Positions 1 through 10,714 of a stretch of 64,000 bases of DNA are shown here, piece by piece. The notes below the pieces were generated by a model. That model was not told where the DNA came from. It saw only the letters and a list, made by a program, of their open reading frames with translations, and did not search any database. Where the stretch lies: positions 289,124 to 353,123 of IMG/VR virus record IMGVR_UViG_3300044640_001495, one strand, 5' to 3'. Numbering within the stretch: the stretch's first letter is position 1; each line of letters begins with the position of its first letter. The position numbers and the translations under genes are program-made.

Positions 1-743
<743 letters not shown>

Positions 744-767
744 TTATGAGATATTTTCAATGCTAGG

Positions 768-1160
768 TTATTTCTTCCACACGTAGTAATTTTTAGCAAC
801 TTCTCTAATAGCGTAGTGATCTGATTTCAATAATTTTTGACATTCTTTAGATATCAGTTCAGGTCCTTCAATTATGATCGTGGGCTGTGTTCGGCGCCAT
901 ATCTGCTGAAGTTCAGGTATAAATTCTTCATGTACAAAATCAATAATTATTAAATCCACATCAGACACCAAATGGATATTATCGAAATTTTCTCTGTATA
1001 CCACATTTCTTTTTTGAATACGTGGTAGTGTGCCATTGACCACAAATACCGTGTCAAAGGTTTCTAACAGATCCTCTAGATTACCCAACGCCGTGCCTAC
1101 AGCCAGCACATTTCGTGCTTTACGGTGAGCCTTCTTCATTCGTTTTGAAAATTTTGTCAT
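768..1160 (-). CDS. hypothetical protein, possibly a Rossmann/methyltransferase-like fold
   Basis: 130-aa ORF; VLAVGTALG and DLIIID segments are only suggestive. Confidence 0.6.
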   Translation of the reverse strand: MTKFSKRMKKAHRKARNVLAVGTALGNLEDLLETFDTVFVVNGTLPRIQKRNVVYRENFDNIHLVSDVDLIIIDFVHEEFIPELQQIWRRTQPTIIIEGPELISKECQKLLKSDHYAIREVAKNYYVWKK

Positions 1161-1196
1161 AGATATTGATTAAATACACATATATTTATTTGACTG

Positions 1197-2036
1197 ATGA
1201 GATTCAAAATTCATAAAACCCACGGAGCTCTTAACAGTGCTCCAATATTTGCAGCCTTGGAACAAGGTATCAAAAATACCGGTTTTTCGGTGGTAGATTC
1301 GGGTCAAGACGTGGATGTGATTTGGTCAGTGTTATGGCATGGTCGCATGCAGGCCAATCAACTCATCTACAATCAATGCCGAGCAAAAAGAAAACCAGTG
1401 ATGATCATTGAGGTGGGCAATCTCATCCGAGGCACCACTTGGCGTATCAGTTTAGACCACATCCATGGCCTGGGAATTTTTGGAAATAGTGAAAATCTTG
1501 ATCAAGCACGACCAAAAATTCTAGGCGTGGATTTGAAACCCGTTGACGATAATAGAAATAATAAAATTTTAATTGCTTGTCAACATGAGCGTAGTCTTCA
1601 GTGGGAAGGGCAATCATCCATGGCGGAATGGGTGAAACAAAAAGTGGCAGAAATTAGAAAATTCACTGATAAATCTGTGGTAGTGAGACCGCATCCGCGA
1701 TCGCCGGTAAGTTTGAATATTCAAGGAGTCACAGTTGAGCAGCCAAAAAAAATTCCAAATAGCTATGATTCATTTGATATCAATTACAAATATCACTGCG
1801 TGATAAATCACAACAGCGGTCCTGCTGTGCAAGCGGCGATCAGTGGAATTCCTGTGATCTGCGACCACACAAGTTTGGCATTTGACGTCAGCGATGTCAT
1901 TGAAAATATCAATAGGCCAATCTTGCCAGACAGAACACAATGGTTTGTGAAACTGTGTCATACCGAATGGACAGTGCAAGAAATATCCACAGGGATTCCA
2001 ATACAACGCCTTGTTGCCGCATTAAAAAATTATTGA
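1197..2036 (+). CDS. glycosyltransferase-like (GT-B/capsule-modification type) protein
   Basis: VVRPHP and INHNSGPAVQAAISGIPVI motifs typical of KpsS/KpsC-like GT-B C-terminal domains; lies next to gmd. Confidence 0.55.
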   Translation: MRFKIHKTHGALNSAPIFAALEQGIKNTGFSVVDSGQDVDVIWSVLWHGRMQANQLIYNQCRAKRKPVMIIEVGNLIRGTTWRISLDHIHGLGIFGNSENLDQARPKILGVDLKPVDDNRNNKILIACQHERSLQWEGQSSMAEWVKQKVAEIRKFTDKSVVVRPHPRSPVSLNIQGVTVEQPKKIPNSYDSFDINYKYHCVINHNSGPAVQAAISGIPVICDHTSLAFDVSDVIENINRPILPDRTQWFVKLCHTEWTVQEISTGIPIQRLVAALKNY

Positions 2037-2044
2037 AAAATCAT

Positions 2045-2073
2045 TGACTTTTGTTAAGAAATACAGTATAGTA
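2045..2073 (+). promoter_or_regulatory. sigma70-like promoter
   Basis: TTGACT-N17-TATAGT directly upstream of ATG 2079. Confidence 0.6.
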
Positions 2074-2078
2074 TTAGT

Positions 2079-3275
2079 ATGACAAAATTTTCTTGTGTAG
2101 AAGATCTATTAGTTGAATTTTATAATCAGACACTGTTTGATATAACAATCTTGCAAGATCAAGATCGTGCTGCCATACATGGATTCTATAATACACTAGA
2201 TCTCGGTAATCAATTAACTGCTAATCAAGGTGGTTTTTTACTGAAAATTCTGTCCAAGTACAAAACGTTTGCCAACAGTCTCGGCATAGATTATGGCACG
2301 TTGATAGACACACCTATATGGAAAACCACCTTTAGAAAATTAGATCTTACTAGAAAAATATTTGTAGAACAGTCCGAAGAGGGTGAGATCACAGTGTGTT
2401 TAAAATTTCCATATGCATTGAAAGAAGCCTTCGAAAAAGAATTTCATACTGAAAATACACCATACAGTTCCAACACCTGGGACAGTGATAGAAAACTGCG
2501 TGTGCTAAATGTTTACAAATATAATATCATACAGCTTGAAGAATTTTGCAGAAAGCATGACTTTGAACTTGATGACACTTTTCTCACGTTGGTTGACACA
2601 GTGGCAGAGATTTGGGATCAACAGGATCAAATTATCCCCTGTGCATATATCACAGCTGGTGAATTAGTGCTGTGTAATGCCACTGAAGATGCAGAACTAT
2701 TTTATCAAAAACACAAACAGGATGATATAGACCAAAATATATTCTTGGCCAAAAGCATGGGGTATCCTACTCGATTTGATCGACCAATAGAGACCAAACT
2801 TGAGGTTATCTGTTCATCTAAATCAAGATTTTTTTGGATGAAATCTAATAGAGATTTCTTTGACCTTTACAAGCAGGTCGATGGGATTGTCTGTGTGTTA
2901 ATTGATCGCAATACTCAAGACAGCATTGATTGGTTGCAAAAATTTGTCGAGTCTGCTGATATTGCCGGTATACCAAGATCAGATATCAGGGTGTGTTTTC
3001 GAGACCCCACTGAAAAGAAATCTCAGCTAAATGCATGGATCAAAGACAACAATCTTGGTGGTAAAGTTCAAGAAGGTAAAATACTTATATTCTTTCATAA
3101 ACCCCCTAAGTGGTTGTTTAAAGACAACATTGATGTTAAAATAGTTGTAACAAATAGCTACACACCAATCAACGAACCCACTTCATCTGTGTGGTTAGAT
3201 ACTCATCCTTGTGTGTGTTATTTGAGTGACATAAAACCAACTCCTACAAGGAAACAGAAAATTGTCAGTTTGTAA
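2079..3275 (+). CDS. hypothetical protein
   Basis: 398-aa ORF overlapping the helicase start; no motif recognised. Confidence 0.8.
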   Translation: MTKFSCVEDLLVEFYNQTLFDITILQDQDRAAIHGFYNTLDLGNQLTANQGGFLLKILSKYKTFANSLGIDYGTLIDTPIWKTTFRKLDLTRKIFVEQSEEGEITVCLKFPYALKEAFEKEFHTENTPYSSNTWDSDRKLRVLNVYKYNIIQLEEFCRKHDFELDDTFLTLVDTVAEIWDQQDQIIPCAYITAGELVLCNATEDAELFYQKHKQDDIDQNIFLAKSMGYPTRFDRPIETKLEVICSSKSRFFWMKSNRDFFDLYKQVDGIVCVLIDRNTQDSIDWLQKFVESADIAGIPRSDIRVCFRDPTEKKSQLNAWIKDNNLGGKVQEGKILIFFHKPPKWLFKDNIDVKIVVTNSYTPINEPTSSVWLDTHPCVCYLSDIKPTPTRKQKIVSL

Positions 3276-4716
3276 ACTAGTGATTCGAGATGAAGTTAAT
3301 ATCAAGTTGGAAGGACTCAGTGTTGAAACACGGCGTAAAATTGTTAACAAATTGAAATTTGATCTACCATATGCCCGACACATGCCATCATACAAACTGG
3401 GTCGATGGGATGGTACAAAAACCTATTTTAGCATCGGTGGTACTGGTTATCTTGCACACCTTGATGTTATATTGCCCATCGTAGAAGAAGCTGGATATGA
3501 AATAGATATTGAAGATCAACGACATCACACCAAGATAGAATTTGCTCCTATAACAGAAAACTACTGGGCAGACAAGGGCAAGACATGGCCCAAGGGGCAT
3601 CCTGAAGCAGGAACTCCTATTGTACTTCGTGATTATCAATACGACGTTGTTAACAAGTTTTTAGAAAACTCACAATCATTACAGGAGGTAGCTACAGGTG
3701 CAGGCAAAACAATTACTACAGCGACATTGTCGCATCTTTGTGAGGCGTATGGGCGTACGATGGTTATTGTTCCGAACAAATCTCTTGTTGTACAAACTGA
3801 AGAAGACTACAAAAACCTTGGACTAGATGTGGGTGTATACTTCGGCGACAGAAAAGAATTAGGTAAGACGCACACTATCTGCACCTGGCAAAGTCTTAAT
3901 GTACTCGATAAGAAAAGTTACGATGACGAAGTGTTATCGTTAGCTGAATTTACTGCTGGAGTATCTGCAATTATTATCGATGAAGTTCATCAGGCCAAGG
4001 CAGAAGTGTTAACGAAATTGTTGACACAGAACTTTAGCAACTGTGCTATACGATGGGGACTCACGGGAACTATTCCCAAAGAAGCATGGGAATTTCAAGG
4101 CATCCTTGCCAGCATCGGACCAGTTATCAATCAGGTATCGGCACATGACCTACAGGAGAAGGGCGTTCTAGCACAATTACAAATTAACATTTTGCAAACC
4201 AACGAAGTACAGGAATTTAGAAGTTTTGCAGACGAATATGCATTTTTGGTCACCGACGATTCTAGAATTACTTGGATGGCAAATAAAATACAATCACTAG
4301 CTTTAACAGGAAATACTCTAGTGTTAATCAACAGAATTGACACTGGGAATAAATTGATTGAGCGCATACCGGAAGCTGTATTCGTTAGTGGTGGAATGAA
4401 GCTAGGCGATAGGAAAGAAGAATATGACGAGATTAAAACAAGTGATGGTAAGATTATTGTGGCGACTTATGGTGTGGCCGCTGTGGGTATTAATATCCCT
4501 AGGATTTTTAATTTGGTTCTTGTGGAGCCCGGAAAGAGCTTTGTCCGAGTTATACAAAGTATTGGGCGAGGCATTAGAAAAGCGCAAGACAAAGACCACG
4601 TTGAAATCTGGGACATAACTTCACAGTGCAAATATTCCAAACGACATCTCACTGAACGAAAGAAATTTTACAAAGAGGCCAAGTACCCCTTTACAATTAC
4701 CAAGGTATCCATATGA
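3262..4716 (+). CDS. uvsW: superfamily 2 DNA helicase, UvsW-like
   Basis: LRDYQ Q-motif, ATGAGKT, IIIDEVH, GLTGT, GINIP, QSIGRGIR. Confidence 0.9.
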   Translation: MSVCKLVIRDEVNIKLEGLSVETRRKIVNKLKFDLPYARHMPSYKLGRWDGTKTYFSIGGTGYLAHLDVILPIVEEAGYEIDIEDQRHHTKIEFAPITENYWADKGKTWPKGHPEAGTPIVLRDYQYDVVNKFLENSQSLQEVATGAGKTITTATLSHLCEAYGRTMVIVPNKSLVVQTEEDYKNLGLDVGVYFGDRKELGKTHTICTWQSLNVLDKKSYDDEVLSLAEFTAGVSAIIIDEVHQAKAEVLTKLLTQNFSNCAIRWGLTGTIPKEAWEFQGILASIGPVINQVSAHDLQEKGVLAQLQINILQTNEVQEFRSFADEYAFLVTDDSRITWMANKIQSLALTGNTLVLINRIDTGNKLIERIPEAVFVSGGMKLGDRKEEYDEIKTSDGKIIVATYGVAAVGINIPRIFNLVLVEPGKSFVRVIQSIGRGIRKAQDKDHVEIWDITSQCKYSKRHLTERKKFYKEAKYPFTITKVSI

Positions 4717-5219
4717 AAATTTTAACCCTAAACAATAGATCTTTTGATCTAAACGAATTGCCAGATGAGGTAGACGAAGACACTAGATTTTCAGTATTAG
4801 ATAATTCCAATCCTAACGAACCAGATTTCTTTTTTATGCCGTTGATATTTTTGGAATCATTTAACTCGCCTGCTATATTATTAAGTGTGGGAGGTTATGA
4901 AGTACAAATGCCACTAGACTGGTGCATGATCGTTGGAGATCGAGATTGTGGACTAGACCCTGAAGTTTTGCCCCTGACCAGCCTAAATGAACGTGGATTT
5001 GATGCATTTATTTTTAATCCCATAAATGGATTTAAATGTGAGTATATGCCCATTGAAATAGTAAATATCTATCAAGACGTGAGATGGTACTTTCCTAAAA
5101 TGAAAAACGGACAATTACTCACTGTGCCATTGCATGATGGTCCTAGTCCGCCATGTGCATATTTTGTTAAAGAAATCAGTAGACAGAGCGAAATTTTACA
5201 ATTAGATAAGGTTATTTAA
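4713..5219 (+). CDS. hypothetical protein
   Basis: 168-aa ORF coupled to the helicase by an ATGA overlap. Confidence 0.8.
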   Translation: MKILTLNNRSFDLNELPDEVDEDTRFSVLDNSNPNEPDFFFMPLIFLESFNSPAILLSVGGYEVQMPLDWCMIVGDRDCGLDPEVLPLTSLNERGFDAFIFNPINGFKCEYMPIEIVNIYQDVRWYFPKMKNGQLLTVPLHDGPSPPCAYFVKEISRQSEILQLDKVI

Positions 5220-5220
5220 A

Positions 5221-5577
5221 ATGAAAGCAGGAAAAGTTTGGGGACAGACAGAATTATTAGAAGCCAATGGTGTATTGGAATTTCACCGCATTGAAGCCAA
5301 AAAAGGCGGCACATGTTCCAAGCATAAACATCAATACAAATGGAATGGCTTCTTTGTAGAAAAAGGTGAAATGATCATTCGTGTTTGGAAAAACAACTAT
5401 GATCTAGTTGATGAAACACTTTTACGAGCCGGAGAGTATACAAAGGTAGCACCCGGAGAATATCATCAATTTGAAGCAGTAGCTGATTGTGTTGCTTTTG
5501 AATTATATTGGGCAGAGTTTGATCACGATGATATAGAGCGTGAAACTGTAGGGTACGCAAAAAATGGGAAATCTTAA
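5221..5577 (+). CDS. cupin-domain protein
   Basis: KVWG...CSKHKH...FFVEKG...PGEYHQF cupin motifs. Confidence 0.8.
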   Translation: MKAGKVWGQTELLEANGVLEFHRIEAKKGGTCSKHKHQYKWNGFFVEKGEMIIRVWKNNYDLVDETLLRAGEYTKVAPGEYHQFEAVADCVAFELYWAEFDHDDIERETVGYAKNGKS

Positions 5578-5851
5578 ACCAGGTGCTACCTATACATACG
5601 AACACAAAGATAGCGTTGTATATGCCTCAGAAGCAGGCGACTCGAATAAACAAGTACAAGGGTGGATGTATAATAAAGATAATCCAAACTTTGATCCGCG
5701 CACGAGTGATGGAAGACCGTTGCACGATCACATGATGGAAGATCAACTTTGGGGTAAAATTCGGCGGGCTGCCCGGACAAATCCCACTTTACAAGAAGCA
5801 ATAGAACGTGTTATAATAATATATCACCTAAGCAAAGACAATGGCAAATAA
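5564..5851 (+). CDS. hypothetical protein
   Basis: 95-aa ORF overlapping both neighbours in the operon. Confidence 0.75.
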   Translation: MGNLKPGATYTYEHKDSVVYASEAGDSNKQVQGWMYNKDNPNFDPRTSDGRPLHDHMMEDQLWGKIRRAARTNPTLQEAIERVIIIYHLSKDNGK

Positions 5852-6317
5852 ACACATAGACCTCTTTAAAGAAATAATTCCAGCAGTTGATCTTGGAATG
5901 AAAGACTTATGGGATGCCGCCACTGATGATGGAAGGAAAGAGATCAAAGGAGATTTCTGGAATCTTAATAGATATATCAGCAGTGTTAAAAGCAGTGATC
6001 GGTCGCTTCAAGAGCATTTTGTTTTGACCGTAAATGAATACTACAATAAAAATTGGAATAATATTCAAAAACATCCCAAACTGGTTTGGCAGTCGTTGTG
6101 TGCCTGTAGTAGAGGCACAGGTCAAACCTATTTTCATGAATGGATTCCTCTTAAAAAACAAAAAAATAAAAAAGTAGATTTTCTAGCAGAGCTGTTTCCG
6201 AACATGAAAATGACAGATGTTGAAACTCTAGCAGCAATAACTACAGACAAAGAAATAAAAGAATATGCTAAGGACCTTGGTTGGGATAAGAAGCAAATTG
6301 CAGACATTAAATTATAA
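5841..6317 (+). CDS. probable clamp-loader small subunit (T4 gp62-like)
   Basis: Size, replication context and the pattern WNLNRYISS...HPKL.W...FHEWIP.KK resemble gp62-family proteins; recalled similarity only. Confidence 0.5.
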   Translation: MANKHIDLFKEIIPAVDLGMKDLWDAATDDGRKEIKGDFWNLNRYISSVKSSDRSLQEHFVLTVNEYYNKNWNNIQKHPKLVWQSLCACSRGTGQTYFHEWIPLKKQKNKKVDFLAELFPNMKMTDVETLAAITTDKEIKEYAKDLGWDKKQIADIKL

Positions 6318-6984
6318 GTGCGAATACTGCGGCAAAGAATTTGTCAAAGAAAAAACTTTGGCTGTGCATGTCTGTGAACAGAAACGTAGACACATGAGCA
6401 AGAATGAAAGACATGTTCAGGCAGGCCTGTTAACATTCCAACGATTTTATGAACTGGCACAGCGAGGTTCTAGTCCCAAGACCTTTGATGATTTTGCAGG
6501 TAGTTCATTCTACAATGCCATGGTAAAGTTTGGTAGTTTTCTTGTAAACACTGCTCCTATCTATCCAGAGAGATTTATTGACTTTGTGGTCAAGAGTGGA
6601 GTAAAACTAGATCATTGGTGCAGAGATGAACTTTATGATACCTATATCAGTGAGCTGATAAAAATAGAACCAGCAGACGGTGCAATACAGAGAACCATCA
6701 AAACCATGATGGAATGGAGTGATGCTAACTCAGCCCCCTGGGAACACTACTTTCAATACGTTAATCTCAACCGCGCTACGCACGATATCAAGGAAGGATT
6801 GATTAGTCCGTGGATGGTGTTAAATAGCAAGTCGGGGAAGGAAATGTTAAAGCGTATGAATGATGAGCAACTAGATATAGTTGGTCCAATTATTGATCCT
6901 AACTATTGGTCCAGACGTTTTAAATCTTTACCCGCAGATGTAGAGTTAGTTAAAGACGTCATCAAGGAGGCGAAAATATTATGA
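6265..6984 (+). CDS. zinc-finger-containing hypothetical protein
   Basis: N-terminal CEYCGKEF...LAVHVC motif; start uncertain. Confidence 0.7.
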   Translation: MLRTLVGIRSKLQTLNYKCEYCGKEFVKEKTLAVHVCEQKRRHMSKNERHVQAGLLTFQRFYELAQRGSSPKTFDDFAGSSFYNAMVKFGSFLVNTAPIYPERFIDFVVKSGVKLDHWCRDELYDTYISELIKIEPADGAIQRTIKTMMEWSDANSAPWEHYFQYVNLNRATHDIKEGLISPWMVLNSKSGKEMLKRMNDEQLDIVGPIIDPNYWSRRFKSLPADVELVKDVIKEAKIL

Positions 6985-7229
6985 TTTATAAGAAAAGAAA
7001 AGAAGAAGCAAGCGCACCACCTGTAGAAGACGAAGAAGTAGAGTTAGCACACAACGAAGAACATATATCTAGAGACGATATAGACATTGAGATAGTGATT
7101 GCGGAAGATTCCGACGATGTATTTGTAAAATTTACGGGGTTCAATGATCGCGAAGATTCTGAAGAGTATGCACAGTTTCTAGCAGATACATTGCCTTTGC
7201 TATTGTTTGAAACCACGAGATTGAACTAA
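6981..7229 (+). CDS. small acidic hypothetical protein
   Basis: 82-aa D/E-rich ORF coupled to both neighbours. Confidence 0.7.
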   Translation: MIYKKRKEEASAPPVEDEEVELAHNEEHISRDDIDIEIVIAEDSDDVFVKFTGFNDREDSEEYAQFLADTLPLLLFETTRLN

Positions 7230-7807
7230 TGCCGGATATTGACATAGACTTTGTAGACCGCGATCAAGCATTAAAATTGTTTGAACACATCCCTGCCAGT
7301 AGACTAGACAATCAACGATTGGTCAAGCATAACACAGGTGTATATCTACACGCTGTTCCTGTAGATGCAGTTAGTGGTCTATGTCAACTTCCCTATGAAC
7401 AGGCAGAAGAAGAAAAGTATTTTAAAATAGATTTTCTCAATGTTGGAATTTATAAAGGTGTTCGTGATGAAGAACATCTAGTTTATCTAATGAATCAGGA
7501 GCCACTATGGGACTTACTTCAACAAGACGAATTTGTAAATCTGTTATTTCATTTGAACGGGCATGGAGATATAATCCGGAAGACCCTACCGACTTCCGTG
7601 GAACAATTATCTGCCGTCCTAGCTATGATCCGCCCAGCCAAACGTTATCTGATTGGGAAGCCTTGGACGACGATCATGACGGAAGTATGGACCAAGCCAG
7701 AGACTGGTGATTACTACTTTAAGAAGAGTCATGCCACTGCCTATGCTGTTGCTATCGTTGTACAGATGAATTTAATCTGTGAACAGATTAGTTATGGATT
7801 CCAATGA
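7229..7807 (+). CDS. miniature family-C DNA polymerase (DnaE catalytic core-like)
   Basis: PDIDIDF, KHNTGVY, FKIDFL, AMIRP and FKKSHATAYA motifs in DnaE order within only 192 aa. Confidence 0.85.
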   Translation: MPDIDIDFVDRDQALKLFEHIPASRLDNQRLVKHNTGVYLHAVPVDAVSGLCQLPYEQAEEEKYFKIDFLNVGIYKGVRDEEHLVYLMNQEPLWDLLQQDEFVNLLFHLNGHGDIIRKTLPTSVEQLSAVLAMIRPAKRYLIGKPWTTIMTEVWTKPETGDYYFKKSHATAYAVAIVVQMNLICEQISYGFQ

Positions 7808-8364
7808 ACTTTGATGCCTTTAGCAGTGCTCAGATACAGAGCAAGATTTGGCTCGTGGATCGATTAGAGCGTACACTTGAAGAACATAGACCTATTGAGG
7901 ACGGTTATCGTATATGGATTTTAGCGGGATGGTATGCCTTGGCTAATTTTTTAATCCGTACTAGAAATAAAATACCTGTGCTGGAGGTCCGTAGCTTTGA
8001 CCAAGATCCCGCATGTGAACCTATAGCAGAGGCCATCAACAATCTATGGGTCTATCGAGCTTGGGAATTCAAGGCACATACCGTTGACATCAATCTGTTG
8101 GAATATAAACCAAGACCAGATGTGATTATAAATTCCAGTGTTGAGCACATGACTTCGAGTCAATGGTACGCAAATATCCCAGCGGGCACAGTGGTATGTC
8201 TACAGGCCAGCGATATGCTAGATGAGGATCATGTTAATTCTATGTCCAGTATCAAGGACCTAATGCTAAAGTACCCCATGAGCGAACAGCTCTACGATGG
8301 CATTAAAAGATTTGAATTTGAAGACAAGGCCTTTAATCGAGTAATGATTATTGGCATCAAGTAG
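7804..8364 (+). CDS. putative SAM-dependent methyltransferase-like protein
   Basis: ILAGWY, SFDQD and DVIINSSVEHM motifs of a class I methyltransferase-like fold. Confidence 0.55.
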   Translation: MNFDAFSSAQIQSKIWLVDRLERTLEEHRPIEDGYRIWILAGWYALANFLIRTRNKIPVLEVRSFDQDPACEPIAEAINNLWVYRAWEFKAHTVDINLLEYKPRPDVIINSSVEHMTSSQWYANIPAGTVVCLQASDMLDEDHVNSMSSIKDLMLKYPMSEQLYDGIKRFEFEDKAFNRVMIIGIK

Positions 8365-8728
8365 CCCGTCTAACCAATGTGATTGATTTGCGCTTGATAC
8401 GTTTTACAATGATATTATTAAGGCTGGTACAGGGACCAAATAACACCTTGACATCTTTGGTTGAAAAGTTTTTGATGGTGTATCGGAAAGCATAAATTTC
8501 TTTAAGTAAAAATATATTAATAGGAATCTGTCTATTTGATTCCCACCACCAAACTTCTCCTAGTTCTAAGAATTTTGCTTTTTCTTCTTCAGTTTTGATG
8601 TGTGCATAGTCATACATGCTGGTGATAGCAGAATCTTGGTTGATTATGATACCCACATATTCCTGATCAACGTGGGTTACAACACTGATAAAAGGAAAGT
8701 TTTCTTGTAAGTTATGTGTGATTCTCAT
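8357..8728 (-). CDS. hypothetical protein
   Basis: 123-aa ORF divergent from 8758. Confidence 0.75.
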   Translation of the reverse strand: MRITHNLQENFPFISVVTHVDQEYVGIIINQDSAITSMYDYAHIKTEEEKAKFLELGEVWWWESNRQIPINIFLLKEIYAFRYTIKNFSTKDVKVLFGPCTSLNNIIVKRIKRKSITLVRRAT

Positions 8729-8757
8729 AGATAAATAGTGTAAAGGTCCGCTAGTGT

Positions 8758-9570
8758 ATGCAACTTATTTCAGTTTATTTATATCCAAACAAGATAGACG
8801 TATTTACAAATACGTTAGCCGCCTGGCAAACAGAGAGGTATCGTAGAGTGTATAATCGCAACTTAAAAATCCATCGAGGTGTCGATAACAGAATAGACCT
8901 GCAGGTGCGTAATTCTGACCAGAAGGCCCAAGACATAACAGGATCATATCTAGTTTTCAATCTAGTGAATAGAGAATCTAAAGAACTCATACTGCAAAAG
9001 GATTGTGTAATTCAGAGTGCGTCGAGCGGCAAGGCATATGTTATTTTATACAATTCGGAATTGAGAGACATCGAACCTGGCTTTTATCAATACTCTGTAA
9101 ACACCGAGACACGAACGCTTGATGGTGATGCACATGTGACCACGGCTAAAAACTCCTTGTATATAGATAGTCAGTATGGCGCATTTAGCCCCATAGAAAT
9201 CACTGGGGATGTATTCGGAGAACCAGTTGATAGTCTAGTAATAAAAGAATTTAAAAATTATCAACCTTACGACCCCGGCACATCATTATACTATATCAGT
9301 GGTATTATTGATGCACAACCCCAGTACGGTACTCCGCAGAGTCTGCATACATTCCAAATCAACATGTCCAATTACATTGGCGATATCATCATTCAGGGCA
9401 GTCAAAGTGCAGGCGGAAATCCTGAACGCTGGGTTGATCTAGAAACTATAAGTGCCATGCAGGATCCTGTTCTTTATCAAAACATCACTGGCAAATTCAA
9501 TTGGTTTAGAATCAAATATATTCCGGATTTATCAAACACAGGAAAAGTTGACAGCGTACTATATAGATAG
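8758..9570 (+). CDS. hypothetical protein, possibly virion structural
   Basis: 270-aa beta-rich ORF preceded by a TAAATA late-type element at 8732-8737. Confidence 0.65.
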   Translation: MQLISVYLYPNKIDVFTNTLAAWQTERYRRVYNRNLKIHRGVDNRIDLQVRNSDQKAQDITGSYLVFNLVNRESKELILQKDCVIQSASSGKAYVILYNSELRDIEPGFYQYSVNTETRTLDGDAHVTTAKNSLYIDSQYGAFSPIEITGDVFGEPVDSLVIKEFKNYQPYDPGTSLYYISGIIDAQPQYGTPQSLHTFQINMSNYIGDIIIQGSQSAGGNPERWVDLETISAMQDPVLYQNITGKFNWFRIKYIPDLSNTGKVDSVLYR

Positions 9571-9576
9571 TATACT
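9548..9576 (+). promoter_or_regulatory. sigma70-like promoter for primase
   Basis: TTGACA-N17-TATACT just upstream of ATG 9583. Confidence 0.65.
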
Positions 9577-9582
9577 GTATGT

Positions 9583-10605
9583 ATGACTCTTGTTCTTGAT
9601 AAGTTTAGAACTCTCCTTCCTTCAAAATTAAAGACCAGTCCCAGCGGCTGGATTAGTTTCAATGCTCCTTGCTGTCAGCATAGAGGTCATGCACACGACA
9701 CTAGAAAGCGTGGCGGTATTATTATTACAGACAGTGTTGTCTATAATTGTTTCAATTGCAAATATTCTACAGGTTGGAAACCCGGCTCCCCAATCACTGC
9801 TAAATTTAAAAGTCTTTGTCAATGGTTAGGCGCCAATGACGACGATATCAAGCAGTTGATATTTGAAGCGATGAAAACCGAATCTACAGAATATCAACCA
9901 GAAGCATTTGTAGAAAAACCCACATTCACAGAAAAGCCCTTGCCCGAAGGTGCATTACCTTTAATTGAATGGTTGGATTCTCAATTGACTGATGTTCAAG
10001 AACAACAGTTGATCAAGGCGGTAGAATATGTGGTAGGTAGAGGCTACGATCCGTTGAGCGATCACTTCTTCTGGAGTCCAGAAGCAGGCTATGCAGATCG
10101 TGTCATCATTGCTTTCAAATATCTTGGAAAAATTGTAGGCAACACAGCACGTAAAGTCACAGACGGAAAGCCCAAGTATTTGTCCGATCAACATCCATTC
10201 TTTGTGTTCAACGTTGACGAACAATGTGAGGCACATAGATATCTGTTTGTGGTAGAAGGCCCATTTGACGCTATCAGCGTCGGCGGGGTGGCCTTGCTCA
10301 CTAATGAAATCTCCGACCAACAGGCTCGGATAATTAACAGTATAGGCAAAGAAGTGATTGTGATCCCAGATCAAGATAAAGCAGGCACGTTTCTAATAGA
10401 TCAAGCTAAAGAACTAGGTTGGTCAATTGCATTTCCAACTTGGGATGACTCTGTGAAAGATTGTGCAGACGCTGTGAAAAAATATGGCAAACTATTTGTT
10501 GTTGTTGATGCTATAAAAACAGCAACGGCAAATCCTGCAAAGATTGAAATTGAAAAAAGAAAGATGCTAAACAAGATAGCAGTATTGGAGAATCAAAATG
10601 ATTAA
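9583..10605 (+). CDS. DNA primase (T4 gp61-like)
   Basis: N-terminal zinc-binding region (PCC...YNCFNC); TOPRIM motifs VVEGPFDA and PDQDKAG; KDCAD. Confidence 0.9.
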   Translation: MTLVLDKFRTLLPSKLKTSPSGWISFNAPCCQHRGHAHDTRKRGGIIITDSVVYNCFNCKYSTGWKPGSPITAKFKSLCQWLGANDDDIKQLIFEAMKTESTEYQPEAFVEKPTFTEKPLPEGALPLIEWLDSQLTDVQEQQLIKAVEYVVGRGYDPLSDHFFWSPEAGYADRVIIAFKYLGKIVGNTARKVTDGKPKYLSDQHPFFVFNVDEQCEAHRYLFVVEGPFDAISVGGVALLTNEISDQQARIINSIGKEVIVIPDQDKAGTFLIDQAKELGWSIAFPTWDDSVKDCADAVKKYGKLFVVVDAIKTATANPAKIEIEKRKMLNKIAVLENQND

Positions 10606-10714
10606 AAAAATATTAGATTTTATTTTATATCCGTGGCACAAGTATCAAGAACGCAAGGCATGGAAAAAACGTTTAGAAGAATTGCGTAAACGTGATCCAT
10701 TTATCTACAAATGA
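10598..10714 (+). CDS. small hypothetical protein (38 aa)
   Basis: Manual: MIKKILDFILYPWHKYQERKAWKKRLEELRKRDPFIYK; GGAG RBS; overlaps the primase stop and next start. Confidence 0.7.
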   Translation: MIKKILDFILYPWHKYQERKAWKKRLEELRKRDPFIYK

